In this document: positions 9,979 to 19,889 of the stretch, in pieces
Layout of the letters: every line of letters begins with the position of its first letter
Position numbering within the stretch: position 1 is the stretch's first letter
Source of the DNA: an uncultured delta proteobacterium
GTDB lineage: Bacteria > Desulfobacterota > BSN033 > UBA1163
Assembly: GCA_963708295.1 (NCBI GenBank)
Contig: CAVPSJ010000012.1
Span: forward strand, 160,001-224,000
Direction of reading: 5' to 3'
DNA: 64,000 nucleotides
Notes under the pieces: model-generated
What the model was told of the DNA's origin: nothing
What the model saw: only the letters and a program-made list of their open reading frames with translations
Database searches by the model: none
Translations under genes and position numbers: made by a program

Positions 9979-10737
9979 TTATCGTGGGATAGCCTTCTTC
10001 TTCGGAATTGCACTCGGGAAGGCCAATTTGCTCTGGCTGACCTTCATGTTGACAAGAGCTTTTGCAATTTCAATCGCACACTTGTACGGGTGTAAAACGG
10101 GGACCTCGTAACCTGACTCCATCAGTCGTTTCTGAGCTAAGGGTTGTATCCACAACAGTTGATTGCAACCCACCACGATTACATCCGCGCCGTCCTTCTC
10201 GATGGCTTCGATACATTCCCTGACAAATGCCTCTGCCGCTTCCGGGGGATCGCCGTTCAGGCTCCCTGGCAGCCACTCGATCGATCTTACGGAGGCGCAC
10301 TTCTCATTCATCCCGTAGGAAATGATATTCTGCCGTAGCGCGATGGCCATCCATTCAAGAGTATCGATGATCGAATACCTGTTCCCTAAGAGAGAAGCGA
10401 AGGCAATCTGGGAACTTGTGCCGCCAACGAGCGGTATGCCGTATTGGGTGGCCAGCTGCTTCGCGGCGTAAAGTCCTGGCTCTAATCCACCCAATAGAAT
10501 CAAGGCATCGTACTTCCGACTCTCACAAGCCTCACGGACAAGCTTCAGAACATGAGAGAGTCCCGCAGCCATATCTTCACGCGTATCAGGCGCGGCGCCA
10601 GGATTACCCGGGGCGAGATCCCATTGGATCCCCTTCAGTAAGCCTTCCGCCTCAATTTCACGTAAGCACCGAACAGCGGTGGGCTCCTTACCGGAAGAAT
10701 ACTCAATCTTAAAAGGTGGTATGAATTGGAATCTCAT
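9979..10737 (-). CDS. Asp/Glu/hydantoin racemase family protein
   Basis: ASLLGNRYSII, IEKDGADVIVVGC, VPVLHP. Confidence 0.85.
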   Translation of the reverse strand: MRFQFIPPFKIEYSSGKEPTAVRCLREIEAEGLLKGIQWDLAPGNPGAAPDTREDMAAGLSHVLKLVREACESRKYDALILLGGLEPGLYAAKQLATQYGIPLVGGTSSQIAFASLLGNRYSIIDTLEWMAIALRQNIISYGMNEKCASVRSIEWLPGSLNGDPPEAAEAFVRECIEAIEKDGADVIVVGCNQLLWIQPLAQKRLMESGYEVPVLHPYKCAIEIAKALVNMKVSQSKLAFPSAIPKKKAIPR

Positions 10738-10967
10738 CTGATTTCCTCCTTCATCGTATCAAACGTACGTATGGGGGTGGACGAAGCCGGCTTCAATATA
10801 CCAAAAAAAGGAAATTATGCAAGGATAAAGCATTCCTCAGGCAAGAGAATTCGCTCAAAACGGCATGACAACGCAAAGGATAACGATTTGACCCCAATTG
10901 CTCCGACTTTGACTTGACCGGAGAAAAAAGATAATCTCTTAAAGAGAGGTCTGAGGAGGTAAAAGAC

Positions 10968-11474
10968 ATGGATGCCATGGAGGCAATTCTTTCACGGAGA
11001 AGTATTCGGAGTTACACTTCTCAGAAGGTGTCGGATCAGCTGATCAAGGAACTTTTGGAGGCTGCCATGAACGCTCCTTCTGCAGGGAATGAACAACCCT
11101 GGCATTTTGTTGTCATCCATGATCGCAACATCCTGGGAGAAATCACAGGGTTTCATCCATATTCAGGAATGTTGAGAAAAGCTCAGGTAGCCATCCTGGT
11201 TTGTGTGGACCTCGATTCAGGAAATGAAGGATTTCTAGTTCAGGACGGTTCAGCAGCGACGGAAAACCTTCTGATCGCAGCCCATGCAAAAGGGCTGGGA
11301 GCCGTCTGGCTGGGGATCTATCCTTTAAAAGAGCGAATAGCAGGGATGCTTAAACTGCTTCGTCTTCCTGAACGGATCCTTCCTCTTTCCCTGATTTCAA
11401 TAGGCTACCCAGCGGAAGAAGTTTCTAGGGAAAACCGATATCATCCCGCAAGGGTCCACACCAACCTGTGGTAG
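10968..11474 (+). CDS. Nitroreductase family protein
   Basis: RRSIRSY, APSAGNEQPWHFVV, AAHAKGLGAVWLG. Confidence 0.93.
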   Translation: MDAMEAILSRRSIRSYTSQKVSDQLIKELLEAAMNAPSAGNEQPWHFVVIHDRNILGEITGFHPYSGMLRKAQVAILVCVDLDSGNEGFLVQDGSAATENLLIAAHAKGLGAVWLGIYPLKERIAGMLKLLRLPERILPLSLISIGYPAEEVSRENRYHPARVHTNLW

Positions 11475-11609
11475 AGTAGAGATAGGTGTAAGGGGGTTTT
11501 TTAGGCGGGCGCTCTGCGTGCTTGGAAGCTTTCAAGGTTTATGCTCCACGCGATGCCCTTTGCGCGATGCTCTCTTCGATTCTTAATGCTGAGCTTCTTT
11601 ATAGATGAT

Positions 11610-11660
11610 TCTATCTCCCTATCTCCCTATCTCCCTATCTCCCTATCTCGACCCCATTTC
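11610..11660. repeat. Octamer tandem repeat (TCTCCCTA)n
   Basis: At least 4 near-perfect units. Confidence 0.8.
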
Positions 11661-11682
11661 TTTCACCCTTGCCCATAGCGTT

Positions 11683-12432
11683 TCAGGTTCGATTTCCAGG
11701 CGGAACCCAAACAAATCTTTTGTAATTTACCAATATTTGTTCGATTCGATTTTTTGGCCAGGAGGGATCCCATCCCAACCCCAGATCTTTATTGACAATG
11801 ATGACGTTGAGGTCGGTGAAGAACGGCTTACCTTCAATCACCGCGAAAATGTTACATATCCTGTCTATCGCCCTACAGTCACTGCATTCTCCAGTGACGG
11901 CACAGGGCGTCTTGGAATTTCTTCCCCCTAATTCAACCGACCTTATTCGAACATGGTTCGGAGCAATGATATTTCTAATCCTGTAAAAAGCTTCGTCCAA
12001 ATCCTTGACAATTTTGTTCCTTCCGACGACAACAATGGAAACAGGATGGCCCCAGAATATCCCCGCTACCCTATTCCCAACCGCATCCACGTTGACAAGT
12101 CTCCCATCTTCAGTAATGGCATTCGTCCCCGTGAGAAAAACGTCGCCAACCGTTGCCTCTTTAAGAATCTTTCTCATCTGGCGCAGGCCCTCCTCCGGAT
12201 CTTTCTGGAGCCTGTCTTGCTCGAAGGGATCCAGGACCTGGATACCTTTTTCCTTTAAAGTTTGCGGTATTCCGAGTTGTCTCATGGTCGTTGAATCGCC
12301 TATTCCCACGACCGCATCCTGAGAAATCAAACTCGTGACCTTCTGACGCGCATCCTCAGAATTTTCGGCAAATGAAGCATGGATGTGTCTCTGACGCAGA
12401 GAGGACAGAACCTCTTCGATCCGGATATCCAT
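11683..12432 (-). CDS. LUD-domain (lactate utilization/YkgG-like) protein with Cys cluster
   Basis: FLTGTNAITEDGRLVNVDAVGNRVA, VVGRNKIV, TPCAVTGECSDC..RIC. Confidence 0.88.
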   Translation of the reverse strand: MDIRIEEVLSSLRQRHIHASFAENSEDARQKVTSLISQDAVVGIGDSTTMRQLGIPQTLKEKGIQVLDPFEQDRLQKDPEEGLRQMRKILKEATVGDVFLTGTNAITEDGRLVNVDAVGNRVAGIFWGHPVSIVVVGRNKIVKDLDEAFYRIRNIIAPNHVRIRSVELGGRNSKTPCAVTGECSDCRAIDRICNIFAVIEGKPFFTDLNVIIVNKDLGLGWDPSWPKNRIEQILVNYKRFVWVPPGNRT

Positions 12433-12683
12433 CGAAACACCTCGATTCTTCCAGTCTTACAGGAAGGCTTTGAAACTATTTACATTTCCATCATCACCTG
12501 TGAGCAAAAAGCTGAAGTTCTTTCAAGACACCAACGACTCAAGTTCTCGTCACGAATTTGGTCAGGAATCTGGGTGCCTTTTAGATGATTATCAAATCCT
12601 TATTCTTAACTTGACTCCATTCGCTTCTTCAACCTTTCAATGTACTGGCAGATTTCGGTCCCGATGATCTGCTTAATACTACC

Positions 12684-12818
12684 CTATTTTCTTCTAAGTT
12701 CTAAGAATTTCCTGAGAGTCAATATCTTAAGATGAAAGGGGAGAGCCGGGGATTCCTCCAAAGACAAAAGCAGAGACAAGAACTCCTATATCAATGACTA
12801 CCTTGTTTCTTTCCTTCG
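12684..12818 (-). pseudogene. Internally deleted PIN-domain toxin
   Basis: N-terminus KVVIDIGVLVSAFVFGGIP joined out of frame to C-terminus LKILTLRKFLELRRK*; overlaps the upstream antitoxin-like ORF. Confidence 0.55.
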
Positions 12819-12988
12819 TAAGCCTTTCTCCTTACCGATTTTACAGCACCTTCAATATCTCTCATTGTTAGTTTTGTTCCCTTAAATGCTTCTCTGGCAA
12901 TCTTAAGGGCAGCATCTAACCTGTCTTCAGGAGAAAGGACAGAAAGAATGTAATCTTCGTGATCAACTATCTTTCTTGCTGGTTTCAT
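12791..12988 (-). CDS. Small putative antitoxin
   Basis: 65 aa, overlaps the PIN remnant start in the typical TA arrangement. Confidence 0.55.
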   Translation of the reverse strand: MKPARKIVDHEDYILSVLSPEDRLDAALKIAREAFKGTKLTMRDIEGAVKSVRRKAYEGKKQGSH

Positions 12989-13292
12989 CTTTACCTATCA
13001 TCCCGGCTAATTTTCTCTGATCATACACTAAAACACGGAGTAATTCCACCCATGATTTTGGCCGGTAGCGGGAGGCTCAAAAGCAAATCAAGCATAAGGA
13101 TAGATTAGCTCTCTTTGACACGTCTCCTCATCGCCGCTTCACCACGTCCCTTTGTCTTTCTATTTTATCTTTTCATCCCCCCGTCTCCCCATCACCGCAT
13201 TTCCTCACCTGCTCCTATGTCTCACCCGTCTCCCTCTGATTTATCCCCCATCGCGATACAACCTAAACAGCAAGGGTTGGTCTTTCACTGTC

Positions 13293-13976
13293 TCATGTCA
13301 CTGAATGCCTTTTCTTTTCATACCATTTTTTGAGGTTTTCGGGCCTCGCTCCCAGAAGATAAAATATCACCAAAATAATATTCATCACTTGCTGGCGTAT
13401 AATCCCACGCTCCAGGAACCGCCGGGCTGAGGTTGTAATCGGCTGGTTGACCAACGTCACCCGGCCGACCCGGTGTAATCGCTGCAAGAAATCGACGTCT
13501 TCCATGAAAGGTATTTCCGCAAATCCATTGAGTTGTTCAAAAACCTGTCGCCTAACGAAAATTCCCTGATCCCCATAGTGGAAATATCGGAATTTAAAAC
13601 GGCTAAAGAAGGCGATTAAACGAAGAAGAAATTTCTCACTGTTAAATCTCAACCGAAACGTGCCGCCGACAATCCGGGAATCAGCCAAAACCTGTTCCAG
13701 GAGGGGAAACGCTCGTGCGGGGAGGTGCGAATCAGCGTGTAAGAAGAGCAGGACCTCACCGGTCGAGGCGCGTGCCCCGGAATTCATCTGAACCGCGCGA
13801 CCCCGTCCGCTGTGGACCACCCTGGCATGTGGCCGGACAGCCTCAACCGTCCCATCCACACTGCCTCCGTCAACGACAAGAAGTTCAAACTCGCCTGACT
13901 GCTTATTGACACTGTCCAGGCAAGCGAGAATACCTCTGTCCTCATTCAACGCAGGAATAATCACAGAAATGTTCAT
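13293..13976 (-). CDS. GT2 glycosyltransferase (TIGR04283-like)
   Basis: ISVIIPALNE, VVDGGS.DGT, GRAVQMNSGA, LLFLHADS, YGDQGIFV, TTSARRF. Confidence 0.9.
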   Translation of the reverse strand: MNISVIIPALNEDRGILACLDSVNKQSGEFELLVVDGGSVDGTVEAVRPHARVVHSGRGRAVQMNSGARASTGEVLLFLHADSHLPARAFPLLEQVLADSRIVGGTFRLRFNSEKFLLRLIAFFSRFKFRYFHYGDQGIFVRRQVFEQLNGFAEIPFMEDVDFLQRLHRVGRVTLVNQPITTSARRFLERGIIRQQVMNIILVIFYLLGARPENLKKWYEKKRHSVT

Positions 13977-14234
13977 GGGTCAATAAAGAACGAATCATTT
14001 AAAATGATTAAGAGCTCAGTTTAGGGAAGCTGACGGATGTCTTAGGACCACTCACCCATTAACTTATTCGTCCTCTTTTTGTTAATTCCGCAATCCCTGC
14101 CTACCGGCAGGCGGGCGAAATCCTCATTGGAATGGGTGATTCAGTAACCTCCTGATCCCGGTAACTCAATGACAAAACAATCGAGCCAACTTTGGTGGAT
14201 ACGAATCTCAATCTTTAGGTCTCACCCCAAGATC

Positions 14235-15515
14235 TTAGACATCGGCTTCTTTCTGCCGTCCGTGTCCTATAGCCCTTTTGAGGGGTCCCAGCACCGCAAG
14301 CATGCCGAACCCCGCCCCGAATGCAAGCAGGGAGAGTATGACAAAAAAGTCCTGCTTTGACATCTTCTCCCAGAACGTACCCAGATAGCCTGATAGATAG
14401 TTGCCGGCAAAACTTGACAGAAACCACATGCCCATGAGCATCGAGACCATGCGGGCTGGTGCAAGCTTTGTCACGAGCGAAAGGCCGACAGGAGACAGAA
14501 AGAGTTCACCGATGGTGAGGATACCCACACACGCAGTGAGCCACCACATGCTCACGCTTTGCTGCTCTCCTGAGACGTGTGCGGCAAAAATCATGACGAC
14601 GAAGGAACCACCCAGCAGCATACATCCGATCGCCATCTTGGCGACGCTGGAAGGCTCGCTGCCCCGCTTTGCCTGCCAGGACCAGAAGCTGTTGATGGCC
14701 GGCGTGAGAAGAATAATCATGGCAGGGTTGAAAGCCTGGAACCAGGAGGCCGGCATCTCCCATCCCAAAACGTGACGGTTCGTATTCACGGCAGCCCAGA
14801 GCGCAAGCGTGTTCCCCTGCTGCTCGTACACCCCCCAAAAAATGATCGTGAACATCATCAGCACCACGAGTCCAAGTATCTTGTTGCGGTCATCCCGGCT
14901 CAGAGCCTCACGTTCCGGAACGCGGCCTGAAGTTCGCCTCGTGATGTCGTCCGGCGCGAGATGCTTCTGACCGACAAGATAGATGACAAGGCCGGCCACC
15001 ATACCCACCCCCGCAGCACTAAAGCCATAATGCCAGCCGTAGACCTCGCCAAGGGTGCCGCAGACAAGAGGTGAAAAGAACGCCCCGAGGTTGATGCCAA
15101 GGTAAAAAATGGTGAACGCACGGTCACGACGGTGATCGGCCGGAGGGTAAAGAGCGCCGACCTGCGTAGAAATGTTCGGCTTGAAGGCACCGTTTCCAAG
15201 AATCAGGAACAGCAGGGCCGGGAAAAACATGCTCTCGAGAGCCATCAGAAAGTGCCCGATGGCCATGAGCACCGCTCCCACGATCACGGTCCGCCGCTGC
15301 CCCAGAACCCGGTCGGCGAGCAGCCCACCGAAGAAGGGCGTGAAATAGACAAACCCCGTATACAGGCCGTAGATTTGAGACGCTTGCTCCTGGGTGAACA
15401 GAAGATGTTGGATCATGTAGTATACGAGAAGCGCCCTCATGCCGTAATAAGAGAACCGCTCCCACATTTCTGTGAAGAAAAGAAAGTACAATCCCTTGGG
15501 ATGACTGTGTCGCAT
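14235..15515 (-). CDS. Proton-dependent oligopeptide (POT) MFS transporter
   Basis: EMWERFSYYGMR, FKPNIS, FYLGINLGA, GELFLSPVGLS. Confidence 0.95.
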   Translation of the reverse strand: MRHSHPKGLYFLFFTEMWERFSYYGMRALLVYYMIQHLLFTQEQASQIYGLYTGFVYFTPFFGGLLADRVLGQRRTVIVGAVLMAIGHFLMALESMFFPALLFLILGNGAFKPNISTQVGALYPPADHRRDRAFTIFYLGINLGAFFSPLVCGTLGEVYGWHYGFSAAGVGMVAGLVIYLVGQKHLAPDDITRRTSGRVPEREALSRDDRNKILGLVVLMMFTIIFWGVYEQQGNTLALWAAVNTNRHVLGWEMPASWFQAFNPAMIILLTPAINSFWSWQAKRGSEPSSVAKMAIGCMLLGGSFVVMIFAAHVSGEQQSVSMWWLTACVGILTIGELFLSPVGLSLVTKLAPARMVSMLMGMWFLSSFAGNYLSGYLGTFWEKMSKQDFFVILSLLAFGAGFGMLAVLGPLKRAIGHGRQKEADV

Positions 15516-15651
15516 GGTTCCTGGTTCGTTTGACGATGCGAAGGATAAGAGCTTCAAGATCTTTCAAATAATGTCACCCATGGCCGGGTAGACACGGAAT
15601 CCGTCCCATAAGACCCGACACCCGATTCTCTTCCGGTTCGACAGTCCGTGC

Positions 15652-16209
15652 TCAGGGGACCGGAGAGTCGAAGGGTCCCATGAATGGACTAAAGATATTA
15701 ATATTAATTCGACCTAACATTGGGAGGTCCCCCCCATCAAAGGGAGGAGGAAGTTTATACTTATGTTCGCCCCTCCGTCCCGGCGCGAACGTAAGCGGGA
15801 AGACCACTGCGTTACTCTCGTTCCCTGCCTCGTCAACGATAGAAATCTTCACGGTAATCTGCGTCCACACATCCAAAGTGGGTCTTTCCGAAGTAAAGGT
15901 ATTCCACTGAATATACCCTTTCAGATGATGTCTGTTCTCCGGCTTGATCGGTATGGTATCGGCAATATACTCACCCCATCCCAGTTGATTTACCGTTGAA
16001 ACGATTCTAGACATATCCCCGGTTGGATCCTCAGCTTCAAGATAGATTTTCCAAATATATGAATATTTTCCAGTCTCGGCAGCAAAGGAGTGGGTAATGA
16101 TGGGTCCCTCCGAGTCTGCTTTCGGTTGAGTCGATCCAAAAGTGTAAAAGAAAAGGGTTGTCGCTAACACTCCGAATATGACAGGAAGAATCTCTTTTTT
16201 CACCTTCAT
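15652..16209 (-). CDS. Hypothetical exported protein
   Basis: N-terminal hydrophobic segment, Ig-like beta composition (VDEAGNESNAVVF). Confidence 0.65.
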   Translation of the reverse strand: MKVKKEILPVIFGVLATTLFFYTFGSTQPKADSEGPIITHSFAAETGKYSYIWKIYLEAEDPTGDMSRIVSTVNQLGWGEYIADTIPIKPENRHHLKGYIQWNTFTSERPTLDVWTQITVKISIVDEAGNESNAVVFPLTFAPGRRGEHKYKLPPPFDGGDLPMLGRININIFSPFMGPFDSPVP

Positions 16210-16576
16210 TCAGCCATCCCCCTAAAATTTAAACCCCCATCAAACGTTTTTCAAGATAATGACGGAGCAACGGCGGATTAAATTGACTATATAACCAAAT
16301 TCAGGATTCTTTGCGTAAACTGGGACTATCTTTAAAATTCCTAGTCAGAGCATTTTAGTCCCAAAAATTGCCACTCTAAGGCTAAAAACCGCCTCTTTTC
16401 CCAGAAATTTCTCCGTAGACTCAAGTAGTTTCATTGGTCCGACCCCACCAGCTTTGATTCGTACGTTCCACTTGGCCCTATTGAATAAAAAGCCCGAGAA
16501 GCACGTCGAATAAGTTAAGAACCCTTTGAAGCTTTGTATTTTTTGAATTAAAATTATAATTAGGAGGTGGAGAGAA

Positions 16577-16882
16577 ATGAAAAAGATTCTGTTATTGAGC
16601 ACCTTACTGCTGGTTTTCTTCCTGTCAACAGGAATATCTTCAGCATGGGTCTCTTTTCACTTTGGGATACCTGTACCTCCGGTGGTTGTCGGTCCTCCGG
16701 TAGTTGCAGCGCCGCCCCCTGCTTATTACCCCTATCCTTACGGTTATCCTTATTATTATGGTCCCGGTTATTATGGATATTATGGTCACCGGGCGTGGGT
16801 TCCAGGTTACTGGGGTTGGGGATGGACGAACCACAGGTGGGGAAGAGTCTGGCACGGGGGACATTGGGGGCACCACCGTTAA
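16577..16882 (+). CDS. Secreted Pro/Tyr/Gly/His-rich protein with WxxGxW repeats
   Basis: RBS AGGAGG, signal peptide, WVPGYW and WHGGHW. Confidence 0.75.
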   Translation: MKKILLLSTLLLVFFLSTGISSAWVSFHFGIPVPPVVVGPPVVAAPPPAYYPYPYGYPYYYGPGYYGYYGHRAWVPGYWGWGWTNHRWGRVWHGGHWGHHR

Positions 16883-17064
16883 GTTCAATTTCTCAAGGCT
16901 GATCGCAAGATTTTTCCCTGGGTTAACGGGGTGGTGTACCGAGATTTGGATGAAACCGAGGGCTTTGAATAATTAATTTGCATCTATCGGTTATTCAAAA
17001 GATTGTGAGAGCCGTCCCCAATTGAATCCTAGCTACGGCTGACCCCTTAGCTTCTTTCCGCCGG

Positions 17065-17295
17065 CTAATCGTGCACGTCCATTCCGATCATCTTGCCCAC
17101 TTTCACATACCCCGGCGGCAGAGGAGGCTCAACTCTCATTGCAGGGGCAAGCTGAGTATAACCGTGACCTGCCTCATCAAAATGTCTCAGCCCTGCCATT
17201 AAGTCTTCCATGAGATGCGCAGGCACCGAGAAGATCAGCTCATCGTCCTGGGCCAGTGCATTCCTGCGATCGCCGCCGCAAGGCAGAGTCACCTG
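17065..17295 (-). pseudogene. C-terminal fragment of a DUF169-like protein fused to a transposase HTH remnant
   Basis: VTLPCGGDRRNALAQDDELIFSVP motif; upstream part AVSVMRKRLSAFQKEDR matches the 6159 remnant. Confidence 0.55.
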
Positions 17296-17694
17296 AATTC
17301 GTACCGACAGCTTTCGGTCTTCCTTCTGAAATGCGGAGAGCCTCTTTCTCATCACACTCACCGCGCCTCCGTGTTTTCCCCTCATTCTCGCTCTATTTCC
17401 TTATCTCCTCATCTCCTAATCTGGTTTTCTGTCTCCCTATCTCTTTATCACCATGTCTCCGTTTCCCGTGTATCCGTGTATCCGTGTCGTTCTTTTTATC
17501 GTCGCCCCATCTCCCCATCACCCTATCTCCTCACCTGCTCCTACGTCTCCCCAATCTCTCTCTGCTTTATTTCCCTGTTGCTATGCAATGTAATCGGAAA
17601 TGTTTGTTCCTTAACTGTCTCACGTCAAAACCCGACGTCATATGCATCCTAATTGGGCAGACCTAATTCATGGATGACGGGTAGACGTTTTGAA

Positions 17695-18066
17695 CTAATC
17701 ATTGATTGGCAGGCTATGGATTCGTAGACGGGTTTGTTCAAGAACGACAATACTCCCCTGCTCCAGTGCCTCCTGGATCTTCGGGAGATTTGACAACAAG
17801 AGAGTAACCTGTTTAGCGGGCCGGCGATCCGATCCCCTTCTGAATAAAATAACGGAGGGTTTACTCTTTTTCCATAACGCCAGGATTGCTCCAAAGTCGG
17901 TGTCCGCCGATATGAGTATAGGCTTTTCAGTTTCAGCAAGTGAGAAGATCTCTTCGTCTTGAGCCTTTTGCAATCCATAATCTCGGATATGCAATGCATC
18001 GTGGCCCGCCTGCCTTAAGCTTTCGGCCACCCATGGGAACAGGGCATTGTCCACGAGGAACTTCAT
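17695..18066 (-). CDS. DUF5615 PIN-like toxin
   Basis: MKFLVDNAL, GHDA.H, DEEIF, LISADTDFG. Confidence 0.9.
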   Translation of the reverse strand: MKFLVDNALFPWVAESLRQAGHDALHIRDYGLQKAQDEEIFSLAETEKPILISADTDFGAILALWKKSKPSVILFRRGSDRRPAKQVTLLLSNLPKIQEALEQGSIVVLEQTRLRIHSLPIND

Positions 18067-18293
18067 GATCCAGTCACCAGTGGGAGCTCCCGTTCCCGCA
18101 CCGCTTCAGCAGCATACCGAAGAGCTTCCTGGAGATCCTGCCGCTCAAGATCTGGATATGCCCTCAGAATCTCTTCCTCTGTCATACCATCTGCTATCAT
18201 TCCTACAACAGTGGCCACCGGAATGCGTAGTCCGCGGACGCATGGCACGCCTCCCATCTGGTTGGGATTGACCGTGATTCGATTGAATTTCAC
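18063..18293 (-). CDS. DUF433 antitoxin
   Basis: RITVNPNQMGGVPCVRGLRIPVATVV, YPDLE..DL.EALRYAA; ATGA overlap with the toxin. Confidence 0.92.
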   Translation of the reverse strand: MKFNRITVNPNQMGGVPCVRGLRIPVATVVGMIADGMTEEEILRAYPDLERQDLQEALRYAAEAVRERELPLVTGS

Positions 18294-19288
18294 TTTCTTA
18301 CCTCCCGAAATCTCAATCCAATTGAGCCGCTACCTATAGCACTTCTTCAAATTATTATACATTAAATCTCTTGCCTCCAAAAGGGAATAAATATGGATGT
18401 TTCCTCGAATGCAAATAGAACATGAGATTAAAAATGGAAGCACTTAAAATGGTGCTTCCCGGAGAGGTTCACTCCGTTAGAAATTCTAGTCGTTACGACC
18501 CGAAACCCAGCGGAGCAGATCAAGTGCCCTTTCGGCCAGAGAAGTTATTCCGATGAGGAGAGGGTTGGAACGGGGAACCTTAACTGGGGTTGGTTGATAA
18601 CCACGAGATTTGATTGGTCATCCGTTCCACCCCGACTTTCATAAGGTCATCAACGTCTTGACCGCCCACGCTGTGAGCCACGAGAGGTTGGATAATAACC
18701 ATGAGGTTTGTCCACAAACGAATTGGACACAGTCTGGAACCGAAGATTTTCTGGTCCGTTTGAAACGGAAGGGGTCGCAGAGGAGGAACTCTCGTTTTTC
18801 TGCAGATCTAGAGCCTGATGGGTGACTGGTGCCGTCAAGTCGGTACGACTCGTCCCGAGACGGACACTGCAAACTCCAAAGAAACTACGGCAAAGGAAAA
18901 GATGGGGATGACTCTATTGATTTGTTTCGCCCACTCCGATACGAACGACGCAAGGGGAAGAAGATACTCCTCTTACGCTAGCAATATTTTTTTCTCTTGA
19001 CAGGTGCCTTTTAATGGGTGACCCTCTTTTTTAATACAAAATCTCTCTCCGCCCAAAGCAATCTCCGCAACCACCCCTTCCTGGGTTCCCTGACCTTTTC
19101 AACACTTCTTTGTGGAATAATTCGGGACTTTTGTGAAAAACTCTCTCATTTTTGACTTTTATTAAAATATTGAAGGTTGAGAAAAAAAAGAGTGGTTATG
19201 GGAGCTTATCATGATAGCCGAGACCTGGCATCGAAAATGCATTAACAAGTCGAGGAAGAAGTTTAAAAAGTGAGCAGGGGATTAAGGT

Positions 19289-19498
19289 ATGGTAGGTTAT
19301 AACCTTTACTGCTGGCGTGACCCAAAAGGTTATGAGTTGATCGGGGTGCTGCCGGAAAGGAGAAACGACCCTCTGAGAATAACCCAGGAATCGGTTTTGA
19401 ATTGGGGGCAAAACTTTTTTGCTATGCAGTTGCACCCCGATGACCTGTACTTTATCGAAGTAGAAATAGATGGGGAGGCAATCCCTCAGGACATTTGA
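19289..19498 (+). CDS. Small hypothetical protein
   Basis: 69 aa (LIGVLPERR..P.RIT.ESV.NW), plausible RBS; no function recognised. Confidence 0.6.
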   Translation: MVGYNLYCWRDPKGYELIGVLPERRNDPLRITQESVLNWGQNFFAMQLHPDDLYFIEVEIDGEAIPQDI

Positions 19499-19889
19499 TT
19501 TTCTGTAGTTTCGAACTATTTGATTTGATTTGGCATATCGTATGCTTTTCCCAGGGCGAGCGGTTGATACGGCTCATCATCCTGTAACTTCCCTTTCAAA
19601 GCACCTTCGGGGGGTGGATTAGGCAAACCCCCCGCCAATTACTTAAAAGGGGCAGGGTTAGCAATGGCTCATCCTTTTTTATGCACATTTCGATTCATAA
19701 TCCTCAATCCATAGACACGGATCGGACGTATTGGTGGGTGAACTAAAAACCTTCCTTCCCTGCTCTTCCTGAAAGAGTGATAGTCTAAAATAGAAAATCA
19801 CTTTTGTCCGGTTTATGCGAAGTCATTAGCTGCTCAATGTCCCGAAAGATCATTTTGACTTTCTTATTTTTGTGGTTGAGTAAACCGAT

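Noticed and set aside
18400-19280. Short ORFs and a GGGTTGGAACGG/CCGTTCCACCCC hairpin in a long intergenic region
   Set aside because: No RBS, motif or recognisable RNA family; left unannotated.
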